A DNA stretch of 64,000 bases from contig CAVRZQ010000034.1 in NCBI GenBank assembly GCA_963725575.1, forward strand, positions 32,949 to 96,948. The letters run 5' to 3'. The position numbers and the translations under genes are program-made. The stretch is from an uncultured Acidobacteriota bacterium. GTDB taxonomy: Bacteria; Acidobacteriota; Terriglobia; Terriglobales; Acidobacteriaceae. The notes beneath the pieces were generated by a model, which worked only from the letters and a program-made list of their open reading frames with translations, did no database searches and was not told where the DNA came from. Below, one piece after another: positions 20,250 to 29,490 of the stretch (position 1 is its first letter; every line of letters starts with the position of its first letter).

Positions 20250-21848
20250 TTAGACTCCGACTGGGAATGGCTTGGTATGTGTCTCGGCGCTCAGTGACAG
20301 GCCCGTGAAGCGTCCCTGCAACAGGGACATCAACCCGGTGTACCAGTAGCCGATGACGAAAAGCAGCAGGAAAGGTACCGTAATGTAGTTCTCGTTGTCG
20401 AGTGCGTAGTAGACCGTCAAGGCAAAGTAGGAGCCGATCAGCAATTCGACCCAGGGAATCCAGCCCAGACGGCGCCGGTACTTGGATTTCGCTCCCACCT
20501 TATGTTTCTTGCTTTCGACCCCGTATTTCGGAGTGCGGGCAAACGGGCTTTGCTGCCCGATCAGCGCCTCCAGCACGGCCTTGGTGTTGGTGATGGTGAG
20601 CCCGATCCCAAGCGCCATCAGGAACGGCAGGTAGAGCAGCGCCCGCGGCCAGGTCTTCGGAAACAGTTCCCGCTGCGAGACGAGGTAGAAACTTGAGATC
20701 GAAAATGTCGATGCCATGAAGAGCGGCAGGTCGATGTACAGCATCTGGAACCAACCCTGGTAGAAGCGGATGATCATGGCCGGCAGCAACAGTACCGACA
20801 GCACGATCATGAGCGGGTAGCTGAGGTTCGCGGTCAGGTGATACCAGGCTTCAATTTTGGTGTGCAGGGGCGCGTCGCTCTTCATCACGCGCGGCAGAAT
20901 TTTCTTGCCGGTCTGGATCAGGCCTTTCGCCCAGCGCGCCTGCTGGGTCTTGAAAGCCGTCATCTCCACCGGAAGTTCGGCCGGACATTCCACGTCCTGC
21001 AGGTAAATGAACTTCCAGCCCGCCAGCTGCGCCCGGTAGGAGAGGTCGGTATCCTCGGTGAGGGTGTCATGCTGCCATCCGCCGGCTTCTTCGATGGCGC
21101 GCCTGCGCCACATGCCCGCCGTTCCATTGAAATTAAAGAAGACTCCGCTGCGGGCCCGGCCCGAGTGTTCCAGCACGAAGTGTCCGTCGAGCAGGATTGC
21201 TTCCACTTCAGTCAGGAATGAGTAATTGCGGTTGATGTGCGTCCAGCGCGTCTGCACCATGCCGATCTTCGGATCGGTGAAGTGGTGAATCGTCCTCAGC
21301 AGAAAATCTTCCGGCGGGATGAAGTCGGCGTCGAAGATCGCGATGAACTCGCCCTTAGAGGTCTTCATTCCTTCGGCCAGCGCGCCCGCTTTGAATCCTT
21401 CGCGGTTGGCGCGGTGGTGATAGCTGATGGGATGGCCGAGCGTGGCGTAGCGCTCCACCAGGTTCCGTGCCACCTCGACCGTCTCGTCGGTCGAATCGTC
21501 AAGCACCTGGATGTCGAGCTTCTCCCGCGGATACTTCAGCTGGCAGATGCTGTCGAGCAGCCGTTCCACCACGAACTGCTCGTTGAACATCGGCAACTGC
21601 ACCGTGACCCGCGGCAGGTCCTCAAAGCGGGCCGCTGGCTCGGTGGTCTGGTTCTTCTGGTTCTTGTAGTAGAGATAGACCAGAACATAGCGATGCATCC
21701 CGTAGGAGGCCAGCAGGATCAGAACAACGAAATAGGGAATGAGCAGCGCCATGTCGAAGGCATTGGCCTGGTAGAGACCCTGAAAAGTCCGGTCGAGGAA
21801 GTGCTGGCGGATGTAGGAGCCAATGCCCTTGTTGGCATAGACGGCCAC
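20250..21848 (-). CDS. Family-2 glycosyltransferase, processive (cellulose-synthase-like) membrane enzyme
   Basis: VQLPMFNE..VLDDSTD..IFDADF..TEDTDLS..QQARWAKG (D,D,D,QxxRW) plus N- and C-terminal TM helices. Intact, 532 aa. Confidence 0.85.
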   Translation of the reverse strand: MAVYANKGIGSYIRQHFLDRTFQGLYQANAFDMALLIPYFVVLILLASYGMHRYVLVYLYYKNQKNQTTEPAARFEDLPRVTVQLPMFNEQFVVERLLDSICQLKYPREKLDIQVLDDSTDETVEVARNLVERYATLGHPISYHHRANREGFKAGALAEGMKTSKGEFIAIFDADFIPPEDFLLRTIHHFTDPKIGMVQTRWTHINRNYSFLTEVEAILLDGHFVLEHSGRARSGVFFNFNGTAGMWRRRAIEEAGGWQHDTLTEDTDLSYRAQLAGWKFIYLQDVECPAELPVEMTAFKTQQARWAKGLIQTGKKILPRVMKSDAPLHTKIEAWYHLTANLSYPLMIVLSVLLLPAMIIRFYQGWFQMLYIDLPLFMASTFSISSFYLVSQRELFPKTWPRALLYLPFLMALGIGLTITNTKAVLEALIGQQSPFARTPKYGVESKKHKVGAKSKYRRRLGWIPWVELLIGSYFALTVYYALDNENYITVPFLLLFVIGYWYTGLMSLLQGRFTGLSLSAETHTKPFPVGV

Positions 21849-21984
21849 AAACCCTGCCAGGTTCGTAATGAAGAGGCTAATCAGCGAGATGCTCTCTCCG
21901 GGTGATTCCCCGTTGTGCTCGTAAACTCACCATTTTACCTGAAGCGGGCACAGCGCCCACTGCGTACCATGATTTGCAGGAAAA

Positions 21985-23679
21985 CTACGGTTGGTCGGCC
22001 GGAGCGGAAATGACTTTCAAGGCAACACTCTGGTGGCTGGATTTCTCTACCGTAACCGCGGTGCCCTGGCTGTCGAACTGCTTTAGGAACTCAGCGTCGA
22101 GGTACTCGTCGCCTTCGAGAACTTCCCAAGCGTAAAGCGTGTAAGCTCCGGGGCAGAGGCCGTGCAGGGTGAAGTGGCCCCCCTGATCGGTAGTGGCCTT
22201 GTGATAGTGGCTCTGTCGCTTGCGGTACTTCGGGTCGGGCACCGCGACCACCACTGTGTTGGCGATCGTCTCCTTTTTCTCGTTCGCGACGGTGCCATCC
22301 ACCACACCAGCCCCGGGACTGAGCGTTACATCCACGCCAAGCGTGCCGCCACTCACGTTCAGACCCGTGTCGGTGACTTCCTTCGTCCCCGTCACAACCG
22401 ACTCCACGAAGTTGTCGGCCATCCCTTTGGAGTCACCGGAAGCTTCAATTTCATAGAGTCCCGCGGGGACGTCCTTCAACTCGAAGCTACCGTCCACTTT
22501 CACCCGGCCGAACGTCGGGGAGGTAGCGACACCATCCGTGGCGAACGGGATCAGATCCGTGAATTCCTCCTCGCCGTCGATGCGCCGCACCGATACAAAT
22601 AGGACGGACGCGTCCAGTTTCGCCTTGTCGCTAAAATGAATTCTCCCATGAATGGCGGCCCCAGCCAGCGGCGCCAGGCTCAAGCCGTCGATATTGGTGT
22701 CGGTTACCTGGATGTTCCGGGCAGCGCTCTGGGGCGCATCGGCCATCACGGTGGTGGCAAGGACGGTGTAGAGGCCGGGCGCCACGTGGGCAATTTCGAA
22801 CTTGCCTTCCTTGTCAACCTCGCTGGCCATGAACATGGCATTCGAGTCGCGCGCCCGCAGCATGACGACCGCCTTCGCCCCCGCAGCCAGACCCGCGACC
22901 GAACCGCGGATACGTGCGGTGTGAATGCGCGCCAAAGAAAAGTCCACCGGCGTCTCGTCACCAGGATGCAGTTCGATCGCGGCTGCCTGGGCGCGGTCTA
23001 GGGTGTTCGGATAGTAGGTCGTGACATAGGCCGTGTCCGGGGACGGGGCGCCCGCTTCGTCAGCGCTTTTTTGTGTCGGCACGAGACTCTGAAAGCTTGG
23101 CGAGGGACTGGCCGAGACATAATATTTCCCGGCCAGCAGCCCGCCAATACGGTACTCGCCCAGGTCGTTGGTTTGCGTGCCTCCGCTAGACTCGAGCTTC
23201 ACACCTCCGGAAGCAAACTTGCGCCGCAAGACGGTGACGTCGACATCCGGCATCGGGTCGCCGTCTTCGTCCAGCACGCGTCCCGTGAGGATCGCCGCCG
23301 CTAGCATGTGCAGGGTTTGGTCTTTCAGTTCCTGGCCGGCGGCGAAGGACAGAACGACGCCCTGTGAGCGACGTTTCTTCTGGTCGACTTCGATGTATCC
23401 GGGACGCTCGACAAACATCCGGTAGCGTCCGGGTTGAATTCCAGCGATCTTGTAGTGGCCATCCTGATCCGAAGTGGCGGTGTAGTTGCCGCCTTCCTCC
23501 TGGTTCTCAGCGATCAGTTCAATGATGGCCTTTTTGAGAGGCTCGCCGCTCGGCTCCTTGACCACGCTACCTGCGAGGGAAGCCTTGGCCGGCTCTTTTG
23601 TGGCGGCATCGCCCTGCGCCGCCACCTGTGTAGCGAGCGCGAGAAGGCACACGGCCATGATTCCCAGTCTCATGCGCAT
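21985..23679 (-). CDS. Secreted protein with repeated carboxypeptidase-regulatory-like (CarboxypepD_reg) domains
   Basis: Signal MRMRLGIMAVCLLALATQVAAQ. Repeated G.V.D..G.P...A.V motifs, e.g. TSDQDGHYKIAGIQPGRYRMFVERPGY. Start set at 23679; the track ORF continues upstream across mqnC. Confidence 0.75.
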   Translation of the reverse strand: MRMRLGIMAVCLLALATQVAAQGDAATKEPAKASLAGSVVKEPSGEPLKKAIIELIAENQEEGGNYTATSDQDGHYKIAGIQPGRYRMFVERPGYIEVDQKKRRSQGVVLSFAAGQELKDQTLHMLAAAILTGRVLDEDGDPMPDVDVTVLRRKFASGGVKLESSGGTQTNDLGEYRIGGLLAGKYYVSASPSPSFQSLVPTQKSADEAGAPSPDTAYVTTYYPNTLDRAQAAAIELHPGDETPVDFSLARIHTARIRGSVAGLAAGAKAVVMLRARDSNAMFMASEVDKEGKFEIAHVAPGLYTVLATTVMADAPQSAARNIQVTDTNIDGLSLAPLAGAAIHGRIHFSDKAKLDASVLFVSVRRIDGEEEFTDLIPFATDGVATSPTFGRVKVDGSFELKDVPAGLYEIEASGDSKGMADNFVESVVTGTKEVTDTGLNVSGGTLGVDVTLSPGAGVVDGTVANEKKETIANTVVVAVPDPKYRKRQSHYHKATTDQGGHFTLHGLCPGAYTLYAWEVLEGDEYLDAEFLKQFDSQGTAVTVEKSSHQSVALKVISAPADQP

Positions 23680-23702
23680 TCCGACTTTACCGCAGGCAGG
23701 GC

Positions 23703-24749
23703 TTAGTTCAGGAAGTACGTCCGGTACAGCGTGTCGCGTTGCACGGGTTTGAAGCCGGCGTCGCGGATGATCCGGCGCAGTTCTTCTTCGGTCGTGCAGT
23801 TCGTGACGCCCGCGGCCCGCACCACGTTCTCCTCGAGCATGACCGAACCCACGTCGTTTCCGCCAAAGCGCAGACCCATCTGGCAGACCTTCAGGCCCTG
23901 CGTCACCCAGCTTGACTGCACGTTCAGGAAGTTCGACAAATACAACCGCGAAATCGCCAGCACCTTCAAATACTCGACCGACGTGGCTTCCTCCCAGTGG
24001 CGCCCGCCCAGCGCCGTATTCGCCGGCTGAAAGCTCCACGGAATGAACGCGGTGAACCCACCCGTCTCCTCCTGCAAATCGTAAAGCCGCTGCAGATGGT
24101 TGACGCGGTTCTCGATGCTCTCCCCGACGCCGAACATCATGGTAGCCGTGGTCCGCATGCCAAGCTGATGAGCGGTCCGGTGCACGCTGATCCAGTCCTC
24201 CGTCAGGCACTTGAGGCGAGCGATCTTGTAGCGCACTTCGTCGTCGAGAATTTCGGCCCCGCCGCCGGGAATCGAATCAAGACCGGCATCGCGCAGCCGG
24301 ACGATCGTATCCCGCAAGCTCAAGTTGCTGTACTCCGCGATCGCCAGGATCTCCGAAGCGGAGTAGCAGTGCAGGTGAACTTTTGGAAAACGGTCGCGGA
24401 TGCCACGCAGCATCTTCTCGTGCCACTCGATCTTCAGATCAGGATGCAGGCCGCCCTGCATCAGGACGCCGGTGCCCCCCAGTTCCACGGTCTCGCGAAT
24501 TTTGTCGTAGATCGTCTCGAACTCGAGGATGTACCCCTCTTTGGCTGCAGGCCCTTTCAAAGGCCGATAGAAAGCGCAGAAGGTGCAATATTCCGTGCAG
24601 AAGTTCGTGTAATTGATGTTCCGATCGATGATGTACGTGACTACGCCCTCCGGGTGCAGCTTGCGGCGCACGGCGTCCGCTTCCATGCCAATGCCGATCA
24701 GGTCATCGGAACGGAACATATCGACGGCTTGTTGCTTGGTCAGGGACAT
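23703..24749 (-). CDS. mqnC: Cyclic dehypoxanthinyl futalosine synthase (radical SAM)
   Basis: TYIIDRNINYTNFCTEYCTFCAFYR (CxxxCxxC), GGAEILDDEVR, TTATMMFG, FTAFIPWSFQP, VQSSWVTQG. This pattern fits MqnC better than MqnE. Confidence 0.8.
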   Translation of the reverse strand: MSLTKQQAVDMFRSDDLIGIGMEADAVRRKLHPEGVVTYIIDRNINYTNFCTEYCTFCAFYRPLKGPAAKEGYILEFETIYDKIRETVELGGTGVLMQGGLHPDLKIEWHEKMLRGIRDRFPKVHLHCYSASEILAIAEYSNLSLRDTIVRLRDAGLDSIPGGGAEILDDEVRYKIARLKCLTEDWISVHRTAHQLGMRTTATMMFGVGESIENRVNHLQRLYDLQEETGGFTAFIPWSFQPANTALGGRHWEEATSVEYLKVLAISRLYLSNFLNVQSSWVTQGLKVCQMGLRFGGNDVGSVMLEENVVRAAGVTNCTTEEELRRIIRDAGFKPVQRDTLYRTYFLN

Positions 24750-24823
24750 AGGGCGATTCCGACCGCAGCCTTCATTTTAACGTTGGCCGCGGCGATCGTC
24801 CAAGCGGCCCCCGGAAAGCCAAA

Positions 24824-25051
24824 CTATGGTTTTGCGGGGCTCTGCACCGGGGTCGAGCGCCAGGCCGTGTAAGCCGCCAGCGTGACCACGATCAGGTTCG
24901 CGGCAATCACGGGAGTCGCATGAAGCAAAATGCCGTAAATCATCCAGCACACGGCGGCACAGGCTTGCACCCAGCGCATGGTCGCGGGATTGCGCACGAA
25001 GTAGGAGCCGGCGAATATAGTGGTAGCCAACCACCCGATGACGTCAGACAC
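24824..25051 (-). CDS. Small 3-TM membrane protein (function unknown)
   Basis: [50 protein letters not shown] start chosen because it overlaps the upstream HAD stop (GTGTCTGA). The track ATG at 25087 would overlap that gene by 44 nt. Confidence 0.5.
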   Translation of the reverse strand: MSDVIGWLATTIFAGSYFVRNPATMRWVQACAAVCWMIYGILLHATPVIAANLIVVTLAAYTAWRSTPVQSPAKP

Positions 25052-25898
25052 GGGCGCCCTCCGGTTGCGTAATCGGAATCTCCACACTCACCGGGCTATT
25101 GTCGCGGATGGTCACGACATCGGTCGAGACCTTATCCCACTCCTGAATCACGAAGCCTTGCGATTCGAGGAACGCGCGGATCTCGACACGCTCCCAGCCG
25201 ACGATTTCCTCGAGGATCGGAATCAGCACTCCGAGAGCGTTGGAACTCAGCACGGTACGCTTGGCGATCGGAGCCAGGTGCTCATTCTCTGACACCGCAA
25301 TAGTGAAGCCGTCCCGCCGGTTTACGTGCAACATGACGTGGACGTCCGAGCTTCCGTCGCCGACGTATACGATCCGGTCAGAGCTGATCTGCAGATCAGT
25401 CTGCAGCCGGTCCAGGGCGGCCACCTTGCCATAGCCCGCCGTCACCTGCTCGATAGCGGCGATTTCGCCGGAAGGATGGTAGCGGAATTGAGTCCCGAAA
25501 ATATGATCCGCCGGGACAATGTTCTCCAGCGCCGACTGAATAACTTCCACCGGCGCCGCCGAGACCACGTAGAACTCGAAACGATGCCCGGCGATGCCCT
25601 TGTCCAGGACGCGGTGCAGGAAGTCGATGTTCTCCTTCAGGCGAATGTGCTTGCCCGCCTCGCGCAAGTGCTCGGGACGCACCCGGTCGTGAAACTCCGG
25701 GTCGTGCAGGAGCAGGTAAGCCAGCTCCCCTCCCTGTTGCACCAGGTTGAGTTTGGCCATGCCTTGGGCCTTGCGCTCAAATTCTTTGGTGGGAATGCCC
25801 AGCAATTCGCTGAGAACGTACCCGGAGTCGTTGTGACTCAGAGTCTGGTCGAAGTCGCTCGCAAAAATATAGTGCTTGGTAGGTAGATGCTTCTGCAT
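25044..25898 (-). CDS. HAD-superfamily hydrolase, subfamily IB-like
   Basis: [11 protein letters not shown] (motif I), [21 protein letters not shown]. Intact, 284 aa. Confidence 0.75.
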   Translation of the reverse strand: MQKHLPTKHYIFASDFDQTLSHNDSGYVLSELLGIPTKEFERKAQGMAKLNLVQQGGELAYLLLHDPEFHDRVRPEHLREAGKHIRLKENIDFLHRVLDKGIAGHRFEFYVVSAAPVEVIQSALENIVPADHIFGTQFRYHPSGEIAAIEQVTAGYGKVAALDRLQTDLQISSDRIVYVGDGSSDVHVMLHVNRRDGFTIAVSENEHLAPIAKRTVLSSNALGVLIPILEEIVGWERVEIRAFLESQGFVIQEWDKVSTDVVTIRDNSPVSVEIPITQPEGARV

Positions 25899-26001
25899 AG
25901 TTCATTAGATCGAAGGAGTCTGAAAAAGGCTAGTAAATATCTTGTGAATACCGTATAACCTGCTGATTCTAATAAGTTAATCAAAAAATTGCTGCGCGCT
26001 A

Positions 26002-26655
26002 TCAGCCCGCGTGTTGTTTCGAGACGCCCATGGGAACGTCCGTGTCCCCCTGACTGCGGTAGCGCAGGTAGGTCACCAAGGCGGCGATTCCGGCGATCAC
26101 CGACAGGCCAATGAGTACGAACAGCGTGGGCTTGGTGTACTTGTTGAAGAAGCGCAGGAAGTGACGTCCGTAGAGCACCCCCAGGTAGGCGAGAATCCCG
26201 TAGCGCAGGCTTCTCCCCAGCGCGAGCGCCGCCAGGAATTTCTTGCGCGAATACTGCAACGCACCGGCCGCCAAAAGAAATGGAACGAAGGGAACGGGTG
26301 GCGGTAAAAGCGCAGGTATGAAGATGCCCCAGAAGCCCCAACGTTGGAATCTCGCGGAGAACGACTTGGTACCGCTCGGTCCAAGCCGGTGTTGCAGCGC
26401 GGTCTTTCCGCCCTTTCGTGCCAGGCGGTAGGTAATGTATCCGCCCATGACCGCACCGGCCGTTGCCATCGCCGCGTAGTAGTACCACTGCTTGTGATGA
26501 TGAACCGCGAACCAGATGGTCAGCACGTCCATGCTGCCCGGCAGCGGGATAAGGGAATTGTCCGCGAGTCCGAGCAGCAGCAGGCCGGGCCCACCCAGAT
26601 GACGCAGCCAGCTCCATAACTTGGAAGCGAGAAGCAGCCCGAGGGGCATCATCAT
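26002..26655 (-). CDS. YqaA/DedA-related membrane protein
   Basis: GGPGLLLLGLADNSLIPLPGSMDVL...FFIPALLPPPVPFVPFLLAAG is typical of the YqaA (COG1238) family. Confidence 0.7.
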   Translation of the reverse strand: MMMPLGLLLASKLWSWLRHLGGPGLLLLGLADNSLIPLPGSMDVLTIWFAVHHHKQWYYYAAMATAGAVMGGYITYRLARKGGKTALQHRLGPSGTKSFSARFQRWGFWGIFIPALLPPPVPFVPFLLAAGALQYSRKKFLAALALGRSLRYGILAYLGVLYGRHFLRFFNKYTKPTLFVLIGLSVIAGIAALVTYLRYRSQGDTDVPMGVSKQHAG

Positions 26656-26710
26656 GCTGTATGGTACCCGGCGACGGCGGAGCCTGCCTCGTCCCCAGTC
26701 AGGTTACAAG

Positions 26711-26760
26711 CCTTTCTCCGCGTGCTCTGCGGCCCTTCTCTGCGATCTCTGCGGTTCAAG
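26711..26760. repeat. Tandem pair of CTCTGCG-type repeat units
   Basis: cctttctccgcgtgctctgcgg / cccttctctgcgatctctgcggttcaag. Related to the TTTCTGTGCCTCTGTGGTGAA unit at 59869-59892. Confidence 0.45.
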
Positions 26761-26848
26761 CTTGTTCCGCCTCTGCTCTTAAGAGCCCCGCTGCTTCCGT
26801 GCGCATGGAGAGGAGGCGATTATTAAAGGAGTTCGGGAGGCGCGATAC

Positions 26849-27680
26849 TCAGGTCGCCGCAAACTTCGCGATTTCCAGGAATTGCAGCGCCCGCGCCGCC
26901 GGCAGAGCACCGCACTCAGCGGCGTAGCGATAGAAAAGCTGCAACCCTTCCAGGCAGCCCGAATCCAGTTGGTAATGGATGTTCTCCGTCAGGTAGCAAC
27001 GAACTTCCGCCTCGGAAAGGCCGACTCGCCCAGCCCAGCTGCCCGCGATCGATGCAATGTTCTCCGCTTGCAGGCCGTGGTCGCGCGATCTCTGGAAAAT
27101 CGTCGCCAGGTCTGCAGGAGCATTGCCCAGCGCGGCCCGTCGAATCGCCCAGAACGCGAACACAAACGGCTTGCCGGTGAAGCGAATCCATTCCTCTGCC
27201 AGATCCAGGGTAAGGTACTTGACGCGATCGACCCGCAAGGCGATATCGCCGATCACCAGGCACGCGTCGTGATCGCGCAGCATCCCATCGACATCCGGCC
27301 CCATGGCCGTAAAAGTCCGTCCCCCGCCCAGCCAGCGTTCGAACAAGACTTTTGGTGAGTGCGACCGAAGTCATCGAGGAAGTGTCGAGCGCCACGGTCC
27401 GCACCTTCTCGATCGGAACCTTGCTGACCAGTAGGATGGAGCGCACTGGACGCCGAGCCGCAATGGCAACGCCCGGAAGGATCGCCAGGTCCGGAATCTG
27501 CGCGTAGGCCGCCGCGGGAATGATGCCGATGTCGGCCGTCCCTGCTTTCAACTCCGCCGCACAAGCAGAGGGACGTGTATAGCTAATGTCAAAATCCGCA
27601 CGCCTGGTTCCGTGTTCGAAATCCCACATTAACGGCACAGTATTTAAGAAGGAAATGGCGGAAATGCGAAGGCGGCTCAT
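26849..27680 (-). CDS. mqnA: Chorismate dehydratase (futalosine pathway); one frameshift
   Basis: MSRLRISAISFLNTVPLMWDFEHG..ADIGIIPAAAY.., then after a switch near 27350 ..ACLVIGDIALR..KPFVFAFWAIR... Confidence 0.8.
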
Positions 27681-27723
27681 AGTCACTATGTTTGATTCTA
27701 ACAAAGGCTTGTGCCGCTCTCCC

Positions 27724-27753
27724 TTGACAGCGTTTTTTGACGGAGCGTAGACC
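27724..27753 (+). promoter_or_regulatory. Candidate sigma70-type promoter for dprA
   Basis: TTGACA (27724-27729), then an 18-nt spacer, then TAGACC. It lies about 20 nt upstream of the GTG start, which has a GGAGGTGGAGG SD. The -10 box is weak. Confidence 0.3.
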
Positions 27754-27770
27754 GGAGGTGGAGGCACTCC

Positions 27771-28949
27771 GTGTCTACATTGACTTTCGCAGCGGACCGG
27801 GCAACATCCGAGCAGGTCTTGCAATGGCTGGCCCTGAGCTTAACTCCTGAGCTGGGACCCACGCGAAGTCGCCATTTGGTCGAACACCTGGGCGGCATCG
27901 CCGCAGTATTTCGTGCCTCGCTGACCGAATTGGAAGCCACCGGGACTGAAAGCTGTCTCGGCGCAATCCATTGCTACCGGCAAGTCCTGGGAACTGGCCC
28001 AGGAAGAGGCGGCGAAGGCCAGGAGCGCGGGAGTCGAAGATCCTGTCGCTCGATGATCCCGCGTATCCGTCGCGTCTGAAAGAAATCTACGATCCCCCGC
28101 TGGTGCTCTATGTTCGCGGAGACGTCGAGATCCTGTCGCAGCCTGGTATCGCGGTCGTGGGCACGCGCCATCCCGACGCCGTATGGTGCCGGCATGGCGG
28201 AGCGCCTGACCATCGACCTGGCCGCGCGCGGGCTGATCATCCTCAGCGGCATGGCGCGCGGTATCGACACCGCTGCGCATCGGGGAGCCCTCGCCGCCAA
28301 AGGCAGGACCGTGGCCGTGTTTGGTACCGGAGCAGACGTGCCTTATCCCAAGGAGAACACCCGGCTCTCGGAACAGATCCTCAGCCTGGGCGGAGCATTG
28401 ATCTCGGAGTTTCCCCTGGGCACGTTTCCGGCGCCCCAGAATTTTCCCATTCGCAACCGCATCATCAGCGGCATGTCGATGGGCGTCCTGGTGGTTGAGG
28501 CGGCCGAATACAGCGGCACGCGCATCACCGCACGCTGCGCGCTGGAACAGAATCGCGAAGTCTTCGCAGTCCCCGGCAACGTCACCAACAAAAATTCCTG
28601 GGGGCCGAATACCTTGATCAAGCAGGGCGCGAAGCTGGTCGCGACCTGGGAGGACGTTTGGGAGGAAATGCCCGAGAATGTTCGACTTGCACTGACGCCA
28701 GCCAGGCCCGATGAATCGCAGGAGCGGCAGACTGCATCTCTATTCCCGAGCGACGACAACCCTCTCAGCCCCCACGAGCGCAGAATTCTCGCCCTGCTTA
28801 AGGCGGACGAAGCCACCCAGATCGACGAAATCGTGGAGCAGTTGGAGCCGGAGTTGTCGTCGTCCGAAATTTTCGCAGCCCTATTTGAATTAGAGCTGGC
28901 GGGAAAGGTGCGACAGTTGCCGGGGAAGAATTTTGTGAAGAGCTTTTAG
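27771..28949 (+). CDS. dprA: DNA-processing protein DprA (Smf); three frameshifts
   Basis: LSLTPELGPTRSRHLVEHLG.., LKAVSAQSIATGKSWELAQEE.., ILSLDDPAYPSRLKEIYDPPLVLYVRG..AVVGTRHP, then TPYGAGMAERL..ILSGMARGIDTAAHRGAL..FPIRNRIISGMS..VVEAAEYSGTRITA. Switches near 27940, 28038 and 28180. Confidence 0.85.
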
Positions 28950-28971
28950 CTCTTAGCCGTTAGCTCTTAGC
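28944..28971. repeat. Heptad array NNTTAGC x4, left arm flanking the four-helix-bundle gene
   Basis: ttttagc tcttagc cgttagc tcttagc. The dprA stop codon lies in the first unit. Inverted relative to 29386-29415. Confidence 0.65.
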
Positions 28972-29005
28972 TCCAACCTCGGTCAGGTGAGCGATAGGGA
29001 AGCCT

Positions 29006-29404
29006 GTGCGAGACTATCGAGATCTGAAGGTCTGGCAGAAAGCGCATCGATTGACCTTGGCGGTTTATCGTGACGAGCAGCGCATTTTCCGTAAAGCAGA
29101 ACTATTCCGGACTCACGAGCCAGATTCGCCGTGCAAGCTGTTTCGATCGAAGCAAATCTCGCTGAAGGCTGCGGGCGACGGTCAGATGGGGAAATGGCTC
29201 GCTTCGTCCAGATCGCGATGGGCTCGGCTGCCGAACTCTCCTGTCACTGTTGGTTGCACGGGATTTGGGATCTGATAGACTCCGGCGTATATTCGGCGCC
29301 TGCACGAGGGTGCGAGTGAAGTATTGCGTATGCTAACTGCGCTTTCCGAGAGCGTAAGGCGGCCTGCAACCCACGAGCGCAGTGCGCTAACAGCTAAAGG
29401 CTAA
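29006..29404 (+). pseudogene. Four-helix-bundle protein (23S rRNA intervening-sequence protein / Avd family); 4-5 frame breaks
   Basis: VRDYRDLKVWQKAHRLTLAVYR.. / ..GLTSQIRRA / AVSIEANLAEGCGRRSDGEMARFVQIAMGSAAELS.. / LLVARDLG.. / ..LHEGASEVLRMLTALSE.. are read across three frames. This is the diagnostic motif series of the family. Confidence 0.75.
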
Positions 29405-29415
29405 TAGCTAAGAGC
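29386..29415. repeat. Heptad array GCTAANN x4, right arm (inverted)
   Basis: gctaaca gctaaag gctaata gctaaga gc is the reverse complement of the NNTTAGC units. The 3' end of the four-helix-bundle ORF runs into it. Confidence 0.65.
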
Positions 29416-29490
29416 TTTCACGTCGTAACTTGTTGCCGAGCTTGCCATTCGTGCTAGCTTCGAAACCAGAAAACTGCAAAAGAGGAAACA

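Noticed and set aside
23680-24210. N-terminal extension of the 741-aa ORF (21985..24210) across mqnC
   Set aside because: The extension overlaps mqnC in another frame and is Arg/Gly-rich. A signal-peptide start, MRMRLGIMAV.., exists at 23679.
26661-26927. 88-aa ORF in the yqaA-mqnA spacer
   Set aside because: It runs through the CTCTGCG tandem repeats and into the 3' end of mqnA. No SD and no protein-like features.
28944-29415. Heptad arrays as a CRISPR array, or the four-helix-bundle gene as part of a DGR
   Set aside because: The units are 7 nt and contiguous with no spacers, so this is not CRISPR. No reverse transcriptase and no template/variable repeat pair is present in the window, so there is no evidence for a DGR.
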